Assembly: GCA_902536065.1 (NCBI GenBank)
Contig: CACAVZ010000001.1
Coordinates: forward strand, 69,518 to 133,517
Source of the DNA: an uncultured Synechococcaceae cyanobacterium
Lineage (GTDB): Bacteria > Cyanobacteriota > Cyanobacteriia > PCC-6307 > Cyanobiaceae
DNA length: 64,000 nucleotides
Direction of reading: 5' to 3'
The position numbers were made by a program, and so were the translations under genes. The notes beneath the pieces are model-generated. The model worked only from the letters and a program-made list of their open reading frames with translations. It was not told the origin of the DNA and ran no database searches. Shown here one piece after another: positions 10,277 through 20,032 of the stretch; the first letter of the stretch is position 1, and the number at the start of each line of letters is the position of its first letter.

Positions 10277-10322
10277 TTTGTTTTTACTTATTTATAACCC
10301 ATAAACATTTCTTTTGAGAGTT

Positions 10323-10664
10323 TTAACCTGGAGGCCAATTCATTTTTCTTCCAGATAAAAAATGAATATGTAAATGAAAAACTGTTTGTCCTGATTCTGC
10401 TCCAGTATTAATTACTGTTCTCCAATTAGATAAATTTTTTGATTTCGCTATTTTGCTTCCAATACAGAGTAAATGCCCTAATAAATTTGCATCTTCTTCA
10501 ATACAATCTAATAAACTGATAATTGGCTTTTTTGGAATCACTAAAAAATGTACTGGCGCTTGCGCTTGGATATCATCAAACGCAATGCAAAATTCATCTT
10601 CATAAAGCTTATCGCAGGGTATTTCTTCATTAATTATTTTTTGAAAAATAGTAGTTTCAGACAT
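10323..10664 (-). CDS. Histidine triad (HIT/HinT) nucleotide-binding protein
   Basis: TIFQKII start, GQTVFHLHIHFL triad, WPPG end. Confidence 0.96.
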   Translation of the reverse strand: MSETTIFQKIINEEIPCDKLYEDEFCIAFDDIQAQAPVHFLVIPKKPIISLLDCIEEDANLLGHLLCIGSKIAKSKNLSNWRTVINTGAESGQTVFHLHIHFLSGRKMNWPPG

Positions 10665-10668
10665 TAAA

Positions 10669-11274
10669 TTAATTAATAGAAATCACGTCTTTTTCGTTAA
10701 AGCCTTCCTTTATAAGTTCTTTGTTTAAATCATCTTTTGATGTAACTCTGTCAACAAATAATATTCCGTTCAAGTGATCCATTTCGTGTTGTATACACCT
10801 CGCCAGAAGTCCATCTGCTTTCATTTTACGAGGTCTCCCCATTTCATCTCTAAATTTTAATTTTATAGTTGATGGTCTTACTACATTTAAATAAACGCCA
10901 GGTATACTTAAGCAGCCTTCCTCATATGAATTAAGGGTTGTTCCAAAGTCTGTAATTTCTGGATTAATCAATATTAAGGGTTCTGCTGCTGAATCTTCAA
11001 AATTAACATCTATAACAAGAAGCTCTTTGTTGATGCCAATTTGAGGTGCGGCAAGTCCGATTCCTTTAGCTGCATACATACTTTGAAGCATTTCTCTAGA
11101 AAGTCTTCTAATCGATTCGTCAACCTTAGTTATTCTTTTAGAATTTTGTCTTAATACATCATCACCAAGTTTGTAAATATCTAGAGACGGCTTACCTGTT
11201 TGTTCTTTTGCAATTTTTTCCGAGGTTCCATTCGTTCTTGACTTTTTTGCAAGTTGTGAAAAATGGTTTGCCAC
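10669..11274 (-). CDS. def: Peptide deformylase
   Basis: GIGLAAPQIG, EGCLS and QHEMDHLNG motifs. Confidence 0.98.
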   Translation of the reverse strand: MANHFSQLAKKSRTNGTSEKIAKEQTGKPSLDIYKLGDDVLRQNSKRITKVDESIRRLSREMLQSMYAAKGIGLAAPQIGINKELLVIDVNFEDSAAEPLILINPEITDFGTTLNSYEEGCLSIPGVYLNVVRPSTIKLKFRDEMGRPRKMKADGLLARCIQHEMDHLNGILFVDRVTSKDDLNKELIKEGFNEKDVISIN

Positions 11275-11351
11275 GTTAAAAAAGTTTTTAATTGATAGTT
11301 GAGCTATAAAAATACTAGCACTTTAATTTACTTTCTTTAAAGTTTTTTGAA

Positions 11352-13277
11352 ATGAGTAATCATGATAAGTTAAAAGTTAGGCAAACTGAATCTAAAAAAA
11401 AAGTTTTTAAGGAATTAACTATTATTAGGGATATCATTTTTTGGATTGATGTTGTTGGTGAAGGTCAAAATGAAAATGCCATTTTTGCAAGACCATTTAA
11501 TGATAAAGAGGCGTTTCCTCAGAAATTAACAATTAAAAAATATTATATTAAAAATAATTTTCATGGATATGGTGGTAAATCTTATAAATGTATAAATTTT
11601 AAAAATAATTTTTATTTGATATGGATAGATCAGATTACCAAGGCAGTGTGGTTTCAAATTTTTAAAGAGACAGCGTCAACTGATAGAAGCCAAAATAAAT
11701 ATCTTGATTCAGTGCAAGAACCTAGACAACTATCTAAATCAATTTATGGAAATTTCGATTCTTCATTTGTCATTTCGGAAAAAAACTTTTTGTATGGTAT
11801 TTGCGAAATAAATGATAGAGATTATTTATTTTCTTTAAACTTAAAAAAAATTAAACAAGATATTCATCGAATAAAAAAATTTAAAAATTTTGCTGGAGAA
11901 CTATCTTCTAATACCTCTGCTAATTTACTTTCTTGGATAGAGTGGGATTCTCCATACATGCCTTGGGAGAAAAATGATTTGTTTTTTGCTCAAATAGATT
12001 TAGATGGAGAGATACAAAAAATAAAAAAATTCTCAAATAAGCTTATAAATGTTAAAAGAAACGTTTCTTTTTTTCAACCCTATTGGATAAGTGAAACACT
12101 TTTAGTATGTTCTGAAGATAGTTCTGGATGTTGGAACTTATTGTTTTTAGATGTTAGTGAAATTGAGAATATTTTTATTAAGAAAAGAGTAGAGAAAAAT
12201 TTGATTGAATATGGAGCACCCCAATGGGTCACTGGAATAACATTTTTTTCAGGGACTATAAAAAATTTATTTTGCATAGCAAAAAAAGAAAATAATTTTA
12301 TAGTGGAACAATATAAAGATCTGGAAATCGTTAAAGAATTTTCTACTCCTTTTACATCAATAAGTGATTTCAGTGTTTTTCGGAAAAAAGTTCTTTTAAA
12401 AGGTTATGGATCTGATTTTTTGGGAATTCTATTTGAAATTGATTTTGCAGAAAAAGATTTATCAAATTTTTCTGAGCAGTTATTTGTTGATTATATAAAA
12501 GATTGTTCAAAACCTGAAACATTTTGGTTTAAAGGTTTTGAAGATCAATCTACTCATTCTTTTCTTTATAGGCCATTTGTTGAAAATTTTAGAAAGCCCC
12601 CGCTTATTGTTAGAGCACATAGCGGACCAACTTCATGTTTCGATGGATCATATAATTCTGAAGTTCAATATTGGACGTCGAAGGGATTTTTTGTTGCTGA
12701 AGTCAATTATGGAGGATCATCAGGATTTGGCAAAGCATATAGAGAGAGGTTGAATAATAAATGGGGTATTGTTGATTCTTATGATTGCAAAGCTCTAGCT
12801 CTTGAATTGATTAAATCAAATCAAGTTGATAGTGAAAAAGTAGTAATTTTTGGGAATAGTGCTGGTGGGTTAACTGCCTTGAATTGTTTATTATATGGTT
12901 CTATTTTTAAAGCAGCAATTTGTAAATATCCTGTTATTAATTTGAAGGATATGCATTACAACACTCATAGGTTTGAAAAAAATTATTTAAATTCTTTGGT
13001 AGGAAATTATGCAAAAGACCATGATGATTATATAAATAGATCACCAATAAATCATATTAAAAAAATAAAAAAACCTATCTTATTGTTTCATGGAAAAAAA
13101 GATACAGTTATTTCCTATAAACAAACTTTAAAAATTCAAGAAATTTTGATTCATAATAATAAATATTCAGAAGTTATTTTTTTTGATAATGAAGGGCATG
13201 GGTTTAGAAATATTGCAAATAAAGAAGAGGTAATGCAAAAATCTCAGGAATTTTTAAAAAATGCTTTGAATATTTAA
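11352..13277 (+). CDS. S9 family prolyl oligopeptidase/acylaminoacyl peptidase
   Basis: HSGPT, NYGGSSGFG, nucleophile GNSAGG, HGKKD and EGHGF catalytic motifs. Confidence 0.9.
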   Translation: MSNHDKLKVRQTESKKKVFKELTIIRDIIFWIDVVGEGQNENAIFARPFNDKEAFPQKLTIKKYYIKNNFHGYGGKSYKCINFKNNFYLIWIDQITKAVWFQIFKETASTDRSQNKYLDSVQEPRQLSKSIYGNFDSSFVISEKNFLYGICEINDRDYLFSLNLKKIKQDIHRIKKFKNFAGELSSNTSANLLSWIEWDSPYMPWEKNDLFFAQIDLDGEIQKIKKFSNKLINVKRNVSFFQPYWISETLLVCSEDSSGCWNLLFLDVSEIENIFIKKRVEKNLIEYGAPQWVTGITFFSGTIKNLFCIAKKENNFIVEQYKDLEIVKEFSTPFTSISDFSVFRKKVLLKGYGSDFLGILFEIDFAEKDLSNFSEQLFVDYIKDCSKPETFWFKGFEDQSTHSFLYRPFVENFRKPPLIVRAHSGPTSCFDGSYNSEVQYWTSKGFFVAEVNYGGSSGFGKAYRERLNNKWGIVDSYDCKALALELIKSNQVDSEKVVIFGNSAGGLTALNCLLYGSIFKAAICKYPVINLKDMHYNTHRFEKNYLNSLVGNYAKDHDDYINRSPINHIKKIKKPILLFHGKKDTVISYKQTLKIQEILIHNNKYSEVIFFDNEGHGFRNIANKEEVMQKSQEFLKNALNI

Positions 13278-14527
13278 GAATTGATTTTTAGAAAATCAAT
13301 CGTATCTTTTAATTTTTCTATAAATATATCAATTTCTTCTTTATTGGTTGTGAAATTCATGCTGATTCTAGCTGTTGATTTAATTCCAATGTATCTGTGA
13401 AGAGGTTGACAGCAATGGTGTCCACTTCTGATGCAAATTCCTTTTGAATCAAGAATTTCAGCAATATCATTTGAATGTATATTTTTTATATAAAAGGTGG
13501 CAAGTGAGGCTCTATCTGGATCTATATCCGGCGATGGACCTATGATTTCAATATTTTCTATTTGATTTAATTTTTCAAATAAATATTTAGTAATAGTCTT
13601 TTCATATTCATGAATTTGATCCAATCCAATATTGTTAATATAATTGATTGCTTCTGCAAGACCTATTGCCTCTGCAATGGCTGGGGTTCCAGCTTCAAAT
13701 TTGTGTGGTAGCTCTGCCCAAGTACTTGTCTCTTCAAAAACATCTTGAATCATTTCGCCACCTCCAAAGAGAGGAGGAATTTTTTCTAGGATTTCTTTTT
13801 TTGACCAGAGGAAACCAATACCTGTAGGACCGCATAATTTATGTCCTGATCCTGCTAAAAAATCTATATTAAGATTAATCACATCCAGTTTTTGATGAGC
13901 CAAACTTTGGCATGCATCTATTAACACTAAAGAACCTTTTTGTTTAGCTAATTTAGTTATTTCTTTGATTGGATTACAGCAACCTAGAGTATTACTAACA
14001 TGAACTAGGCTAACAAGTTTAGTTCTAGATGTTAGTTTTGATTTAAAGTCGTCTATATCTAATTTCCCATCTTTATCTATACCTATAAATTTTAATTTGC
14101 ATTTATTTTTTGCTGCAACCATTTGCCATGGAACAATATTGCTATGATGCTCCATTATTGATAAGAGAATTTCATCGTTTTCTTTTAATGAATATTCGCC
14201 CCATGATCTAGCTACTAGATTGATTGCCTCAGTAGCATTTCTTGTGAAAATAATTTCTTTTGATGAATTCGCTTTTATATATTGGCTAATTAAATATCTT
14301 GCATTTTCAAATTCTTCTGTTGCTTTAGCACTTAATTGATGTGCCCCTCTATGTACATTGGCATTAAAGTTTTTGTAATATTCATCAATTTTTTTTAAGA
14401 CTTGTGTTGGTTTTTGTGTGGTTGCAGCATGGTCTAAATAAATAATTTGCTCATTATTTTTGAAATTCTTATTTAAAAGAGGAAAGTCTTTCTTCGTTAT
14501 TTCAGGAAAATTTTGAATCGTTTCCAT
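13274..14527 (-). CDS. sufS: Cysteine desulfurase SufS
   Basis: YLDHAATTQKP, ANVHRGAH, SGHKLCGPTG (PLP lysine), RSGHHCCQP; in suf operon. Confidence 0.97.
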   Translation of the reverse strand: METIQNFPEITKKDFPLLNKNFKNNEQIIYLDHAATTQKPTQVLKKIDEYYKNFNANVHRGAHQLSAKATEEFENARYLISQYIKANSSKEIIFTRNATEAINLVARSWGEYSLKENDEILLSIMEHHSNIVPWQMVAAKNKCKLKFIGIDKDGKLDIDDFKSKLTSRTKLVSLVHVSNTLGCCNPIKEITKLAKQKGSLVLIDACQSLAHQKLDVINLNIDFLAGSGHKLCGPTGIGFLWSKKEILEKIPPLFGGGEMIQDVFEETSTWAELPHKFEAGTPAIAEAIGLAEAINYINNIGLDQIHEYEKTITKYLFEKLNQIENIEIIGPSPDIDPDRASLATFYIKNIHSNDIAEILDSKGICIRSGHHCCQPLHRYIGIKSTARISMNFTTNKEEIDIFIEKLKDTIDFLKINS

Positions 14528-15744
14528 TAATTTTCGTTTAAAAGTTTATCAAGCAAATCCCATTTATCTTTTGAAATGGGAATAAATGAAATTATTTCTT
14601 GAAAGTAAGAACTTAATTGTAGTTTACTTGCTTCTGTTAATGTGATCCCTCTTGTTCGCATATAAAAAAGTTCTTCTTCATTTAGTTGCGAAATTGTAGC
14701 CCCATGTTTGCATTTGACATCATCAGCAATTATTTCTAATTGAGGTTTGGTATCTATTTGTGCGAGATTTGATAAAAGTAAATTTCTGCTTAATTGCGAA
14801 GCATCAGTTTTCTGGGCGATTTTCGGAACTATTATTGAACCTTCAAATATTGCATGTGATTTATCATCAGCAAGTGATTTATTAATTTGATCTAGAAATC
14901 CATTTGGGCCATTAAATTCTATTTTTGTATAGGTTGAAATCTGCTCATCTTTTTTTGTTATTTGCATACCTTTAATATTTGTTTTAGCGTTTCCCGCAGA
15001 TTGTTTAATACTAATTTCAAATCTCGCGTAATTGAATTTGAAATGTAAAGATCCTAAGTTGTATGCACTATTTTTTTGTTGAATTACATTGAGAGAATTT
15101 AATAGATTAGATCTGTTTTCACCGTAAGAAACAACACCATGATTTACGGAACTATTTTCTTTCAAGCAAAAGAAAGTTGATTGAGATAATGAAGAGTTTT
15201 CTTTACCAAGATTTACTTGTAATAATTCAACATTACAATTCTTTTCTAAAAATATTACGAGGGTTTTGGCGTCTAAAGAATTACTAGATGCGTGACTAAA
15301 AATTTCAATAGGAGGAATTTTTGATCCATTTATTTTTAATCCCAAAATATTATTTTTACAACTTAAAGACAGATTTAGTAGGTCACTCCAATTTTCGTTT
15401 TGCTTAAAAAAAGATATCTGTTCCTTAATGTATTTTTGTAATTCATCCTCACTTAATTGCTGTATTGAATAATTTTTCTCTATTAATTTAATTTGGCAAT
15501 TCTCACCAATTATTAATCTAATAGTACTTTGAGAATTTTTCGGATATGGTATATCAAATTTTGAATCTTTTTCATTAACTGAGTAATCTAAAAAGGTTGA
15601 CAATTTTGATTTATTTGAAAGTCTCCATAGTTCACTTTTAGGATTAGGGAGAGGGCTTGATTGTAATTTATGAAGACAGATTTTTTGTATTTCTGTTAGT
15701 TTATTATCTGATTTATTAGTTTTTATTTTTTCAATAATTTCCAT
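14527..15744 (-). CDS. sufD: Fe-S cluster assembly protein SufD
   Basis: PQLEIIADDVKCKHGAT and LFYMRTRGI motifs; operon position. Confidence 0.95.
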   Translation of the reverse strand: MEIIEKIKTNKSDNKLTEIQKICLHKLQSSPLPNPKSELWRLSNKSKLSTFLDYSVNEKDSKFDIPYPKNSQSTIRLIIGENCQIKLIEKNYSIQQLSEDELQKYIKEQISFFKQNENWSDLLNLSLSCKNNILGLKINGSKIPPIEIFSHASSNSLDAKTLVIFLEKNCNVELLQVNLGKENSSLSQSTFFCLKENSSVNHGVVSYGENRSNLLNSLNVIQQKNSAYNLGSLHFKFNYARFEISIKQSAGNAKTNIKGMQITKKDEQISTYTKIEFNGPNGFLDQINKSLADDKSHAIFEGSIIVPKIAQKTDASQLSRNLLLSNLAQIDTKPQLEIIADDVKCKHGATISQLNEEELFYMRTRGITLTEASKLQLSSYFQEIISFIPISKDKWDLLDKLLNEN

Positions 15745-15748
15745 TTGT

Positions 15749-16534
15749 CTAGGTCTCTTTTATAAAGTTATCAGTCCATTCATACCCTTTTTCCTCTAGC
15801 TCTAGAGCAAGATCACTTTCACCAGTTTTTATGATTTGCCCATCTGACATAACATGAACATAATTTGGTTTAATTTCATCTAATAATCTTTGATAGTGGG
15901 TAATAAGTATAATTCCAGTTTGTGCATTAGATATTTTTTTAATTCCTGATGCCACTATTCTTAGAGCATCGATATCTAGACCAGAATCGGTCTCATCTAA
16001 TATTGCTATCTTGGGCTCAAGTAAAGCCATTTGCAGAATCTCATTTCTTTTTTTTTCACCTCCGGAAAAGCCTTGGTTTACACTCCTTGATAGGAAAGCA
16101 TGATCCATTTTCACAATTTCTAACTTTTCTTTAACTAATTCTTCAAAATCAAAAGTATCCAATTCTTCTTTGTTGAGGAATTTCCTTCTAGCATTAGTTG
16201 AAACTCTAAGAAACTCAAGATTACTTACACCTGGAATCTCAATTGGATATTGGAAACCAAGAAAAATTCCTGATTGAGATCTCTCTTCAGGTTCTAGAGA
16301 GTTGATGTTTTCACCAAAAAATTTTATTTCGCCATTTGTAATATTATAAGAAGGATGTCCTGCAATGATTTTCGAAAGAGTACTTTTGCCACATCCATTT
16401 CTTCCCATGATGGCATGGATTTCTCCGGGATAGACAGTAAGAGAAACCCCTTTTAAAATTGGAAGATTATCAGTAGATGCAGAGAGATTTTCAACTTCTA
16501 AAATTGGATCTGATTCTTTCATTTTACTTTGCAT
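15749..16534 (-). CDS. sufC: Fe-S cluster assembly ATPase SufC
   Basis: [39 protein letters not shown]. Confidence 0.97.
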   Translation of the reverse strand: MQSKMKESDPILEVENLSASTDNLPILKGVSLTVYPGEIHAIMGRNGCGKSTLSKIIAGHPSYNITNGEIKFFGENINSLEPEERSQSGIFLGFQYPIEIPGVSNLEFLRVSTNARRKFLNKEELDTFDFEELVKEKLEIVKMDHAFLSRSVNQGFSGGEKKRNEILQMALLEPKIAILDETDSGLDIDALRIVASGIKKISNAQTGIILITHYQRLLDEIKPNYVHVMSDGQIIKTGESDLALELEEKGYEWTDNFIKET

Positions 16535-16555
16535 ATCAGTTTAGAAATTGATTAA

Positions 16556-17998
16556 TTAACCTACTGATCCCTCTAGTTTAAGTGCCAGTAACTTATCTGC
16601 TTCAGCAGCAAATTCCATTGGTAATTGATTAAATACATCTCTGCAAAAACCGCTGACCATCATAGATACTGCCTCTTCAAATTCTATACCTCTGCTTTGA
16701 AGATAAAAAAGTTGGTCTTCTGAGATTCTACATGTGGTTGCTTCATGCTCAATTTCAGAATTGGGTTGTTGAGATTTGATGTAAGGAAATGTATTTGCAG
16801 AAGCTTGATCCCCTATTAACATTGAATCACATTGACTGTAATTTCTTGATCCTGTAGCTTTTGTTCCCATTTTGACAAGACCTCTATAGCTATTTTTTGA
16901 GTTACCTGCACTGATACCTTTGCTAACAATAGTTGATTTGGTCTTAGGACCAATATGGATCATTTTTGTTCCGGTATCTGCTTGCTGAAGATTATTGGTG
17001 AGAGCCACTGAATAAAATTCTCCTACAGATTCTTCCCCTAAAAGAAGACAGCTAGGATATTTCCATGTAATTGCGGACCCTGTTTCAACTTGAGACCAGC
17101 TAATTTTACTTCTCTTGCCTAAACATTTTCCTCTCTTGGTCACAAAATTAAAAATTCCGCCAATACCTTCTTCATTACCGGCATACCAATTTTGTACTGT
17201 TGAATATTTTATTGAGGCGTCGTCTAATGCTATAAGCTCTACAACTGCTGCGTGTAGGGTATTTGTATCAAACATTGGAGCTGTACAACCTTCTAGATAA
17301 CTTACAGAACTTGATTCTTCGGCAATGATTAGCGTTCTTTCGAATTGTCCTGAATCCCCACTATTAATTCTGAAGTAGGAGGATAGATCCATAGGGCAGG
17401 TAACACCTTTTGGGATATAAACAAAAGAACCATCACTAAAAACAGCAGAATTTAGTGCTGCAAAATAATTATCACTAGTTGGAACTACTGTACCTAAATA
17501 TTTTTCAATCAAATCCGCGTGATTTTTTACTGCTTCACTAATTGAGCAAAATATAACTCCATGTTCAGCAAGTTCTTCTCTAAAAGTTGTGGCAATAGAA
17601 ACACTATCAAAGACAGCATCAACTGCTACATTTGTGAGTTTTTTTTGCTCCGTGAGAGGTATTCCTAATTTGTCAAAAGTCTCAAGAAGTTTAGGATCAA
17701 CTTCATCTAAGCTAGAAATTTTCTCTTTTTGCTTAGGAGCAGAGTAATAAATAATATCTTGATAATCAATTTTTTTATATCCTAATGCTGCCCAATCAGG
17801 CTCTTTCATTTTTTTCCATTTTTTAAAGGCTTTTAATCTAAAATCAAGAAGAAATTGTGGCTCTTCTTTTTTATGTGAAATTAATTTTATGATATCTTCA
17901 TTTAATCCCTTTTCTATTTTTTCAGTTTCAATATCAGTAACGAAACCATATTTGTAAGGCTCTTTTACTGATTCTTGAACTAAATTTTCGTTTACCAT
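16556..17998 (-). CDS. sufB: Fe-S cluster assembly protein SufB
   Basis: [38 protein letters not shown] end. Start may be 17998 or 18007. Confidence 0.97.
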   Translation of the reverse strand: MVNENLVQESVKEPYKYGFVTDIETEKIEKGLNEDIIKLISHKKEEPQFLLDFRLKAFKKWKKMKEPDWAALGYKKIDYQDIIYYSAPKQKEKISSLDEVDPKLLETFDKLGIPLTEQKKLTNVAVDAVFDSVSIATTFREELAEHGVIFCSISEAVKNHADLIEKYLGTVVPTSDNYFAALNSAVFSDGSFVYIPKGVTCPMDLSSYFRINSGDSGQFERTLIIAEESSSVSYLEGCTAPMFDTNTLHAAVVELIALDDASIKYSTVQNWYAGNEEGIGGIFNFVTKRGKCLGKRSKISWSQVETGSAITWKYPSCLLLGEESVGEFYSVALTNNLQQADTGTKMIHIGPKTKSTIVSKGISAGNSKNSYRGLVKMGTKATGSRNYSQCDSMLIGDQASANTFPYIKSQQPNSEIEHEATTCRISEDQLFYLQSRGIEFEEAVSMMVSGFCRDVFNQLPMEFAAEADKLLALKLEGSVG

Positions 17999-18093
17999 GT
18001 TATCCAAAATAACGTATTACAATTAGCTTTATATACTTTAACGAAAGATACCCCCAATATTGAGTTTTTTTCCTTTATTAAAACTAAAAATTA

Positions 18094-18448
18094 ATGTCTA
18101 ATCATCTTGATCCCTTGTCTAATCCATTAAACATAAAAACTATACAAGAAATTGATAAACTTGATCTACCTATAATGCAGAAACATCATTTAAGAATACT
18201 CGCTCATTGCCTTCAGATTTTAAAAATAATTAATCTAAATAATTGTTTGGAATATCAAAATAAAAATCCCCTGAGAGAATGGTGTGATAACCAATCTAAA
18301 AAATTTGATGATAAAAAATTTAGTGATCTTTTTTATGAGCAGTTAGAATCCACTTCGAAAAAGATTAAGTACTTTTTCAAAAAAAATTGGTAAAAGTATT
18401 GATGATTTAGAGATAGATGATTTAGTACTTCTAGTTGAACAACGCTGA
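18094..18448 (+). pseudogene. Conserved hypothetical gene with a probable single-base frameshift (pseudogene or sequencing error)
   Basis: Track ORF ends KKIKYFFKKNW* at 18393; the +1 frame from 18365 reads LSTFSKKIGKSIDDLEIDDLVLLVEQR* to 18448, a more protein-like C-terminus. Confidence 0.65.
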
Positions 18449-18716
18449 AGCCTCTTTTTTTGATCCCGAAGAAAAAATATATTTTTGTTGAGTCGTTAAC
18501 AAATTTAGGTAATAAAATTTAAAAAAAAGGAAAATTAATTTACATTTCAAAAAAATCTGAAAATTTATTAATGTCATTCATACCAACTGTTTTGAAGAGA
18601 AATATCAATTCTGAAAATTTTTTAGTAGTCAGAGGATCCTGACGACAGGCCAAAAAGACACACAATTCCTAAAAAAAAAGAACATACTGATCCCAAACAA
18701 ATTCGGAGAATTTAAA

Positions 18717-19817
18717 GTGGCTGATGGGATCATGAATAAAGATCAATTACTCTCACTAACCCTCAGACAATTACGTCAAGAAGCAAGTAAATTATCGGTT
18801 CCGCTTTACAGTCGCAAAACAAAAGCTGTTTTAGTTGATTTAATACTTAAATATCAAGAAAAATCTATAAAAAAAACATATACTATTCCTTCTGAAGCAA
18901 AAACTGAAGAAACTATTGAGTCCAATGCTTTCAGCAGTAGTGAAGAAGTTAAAACAAATGTAGTGTTCTTACCCCGAGATCCAGATTGGGCTTATGTTTT
19001 TTGGCAAATTTCTGATGAAGATAGAGCAAAAGCACAATCTTTAGGAGCCAATAAATTATGTCTACGATTATTTGATGCATCTGGTTCTGAAGGAACCAAC
19101 TTTAATCAAGGAACACTCAGGGAGATAGCAGTTGATAGTTATAGTACAGAGTGGTACTTGCCAATCCCACTTGCAGATAGAGATTATAAAGTTGAATTAG
19201 GTTATAAATATGGTTTTAACTGGATGTCATTGGCATTCTCTTCGATAAGCCATGTTCCTGGGTCTCATCCTTCTGAGCAAATTCTTGATAAATTTGTTCC
19301 TTTTAATTTAGATTCCACTTCTGAGTCAATCCTAGATATTTCTAATCCTGTTGTTTCAGAACAAAATGGTATGCATGAAAGGTTGTACCAAGCAGCAACT
19401 AACATTCCTCTCAGAAGAAAAGTTGGTTCAGAAGAATTTATGGAAAATTTAAATTCAACAAACCTCAATGAAAATCTTACGGACTCAGGCGCTGGTAAAT
19501 GGTCATCAGGTTTAAATGATTCTGGAAGCGGAATTGTTAAAAATAGATCCTTTTGGCTCGTTGCTGATGCTGAATTAATTGTTTATGGAGCAACAGAGCC
19601 ATCTGCAAAACTGACAATAGGTGGAGAAGATGTACCTCTTGCTGCGGATGGTACATTTAGAATTCAAGTTCCATTTAGAGACGGGACTCAAAAATATGAT
19701 ATTAAAGCTGTTGATGTATCTGGTGAGCAAGAAAAAAGTATATCAATGAAATTTGATAGAACTACACCACTTGACGATACTAATGAAAAAGATAATGCTG
19801 AGACTGAATGGTTTTAA
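18717..19817 (+). CDS. DUF4912 domain protein with Rho_N-like N-terminus
   Basis: LTLRQLRQEASKL..YSRKTKAVL (Rho_N-like), VVFLPRDPDWAYVFW (DUF4912), FWLVADAELIVYGATEP C-terminal domain. Confidence 0.88.
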   Translation: MADGIMNKDQLLSLTLRQLRQEASKLSVPLYSRKTKAVLVDLILKYQEKSIKKTYTIPSEAKTEETIESNAFSSSEEVKTNVVFLPRDPDWAYVFWQISDEDRAKAQSLGANKLCLRLFDASGSEGTNFNQGTLREIAVDSYSTEWYLPIPLADRDYKVELGYKYGFNWMSLAFSSISHVPGSHPSEQILDKFVPFNLDSTSESILDISNPVVSEQNGMHERLYQAATNIPLRRKVGSEEFMENLNSTNLNENLTDSGAGKWSSGLNDSGSGIVKNRSFWLVADAELIVYGATEPSAKLTIGGEDVPLAADGTFRIQVPFRDGTQKYDIKAVDVSGEQEKSISMKFDRTTPLDDTNEKDNAETEWF

Positions 19818-19829
19818 TAATTTAAATTA

Positions 19830-20000
19830 ATGCTAAAAAAAATTGTAGCTTTTACACCTTTGTTTGGTGCATTAACGTTTCCACTAATAGTTCCAATTAC
19901 AATTTCTAAATTTGGTATTAACTATGGAATTCTTAGTGCATTATTAATATCTTCATTATGGTTTATCGCTATGTTAAGAACTTCCGAAATGCCTCATTAA
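19830..20000 (+). CDS. Small membrane protein, 56 aa (not in ORF track)
   Basis: Hand translation: MLKKIVAFTPLFGALTFPLIVPITISKFGINYGILSALLISSLWFIAMLRTSEMPH*; fills the gap between DUF4912 and pgm; two hydrophobic stretches. Confidence 0.8.
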   Translation: MLKKIVAFTPLFGALTFPLIVPITISKFGINYGILSALLISSLWFIAMLRTSEMPH

Positions 20001-20032
20001 TTTAGTTAGATTTTCGGAAGTTTATTTTAAAT

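Noticed and set aside
18350-18392. Programmed ribosomal frameshift at GAAAAAG or the A8 tract
   Set aside because: The needed shift is +1, the heptamer is not the canonical A-AAA-AAG -1 site and I see no stimulatory structure; an indel is simpler.
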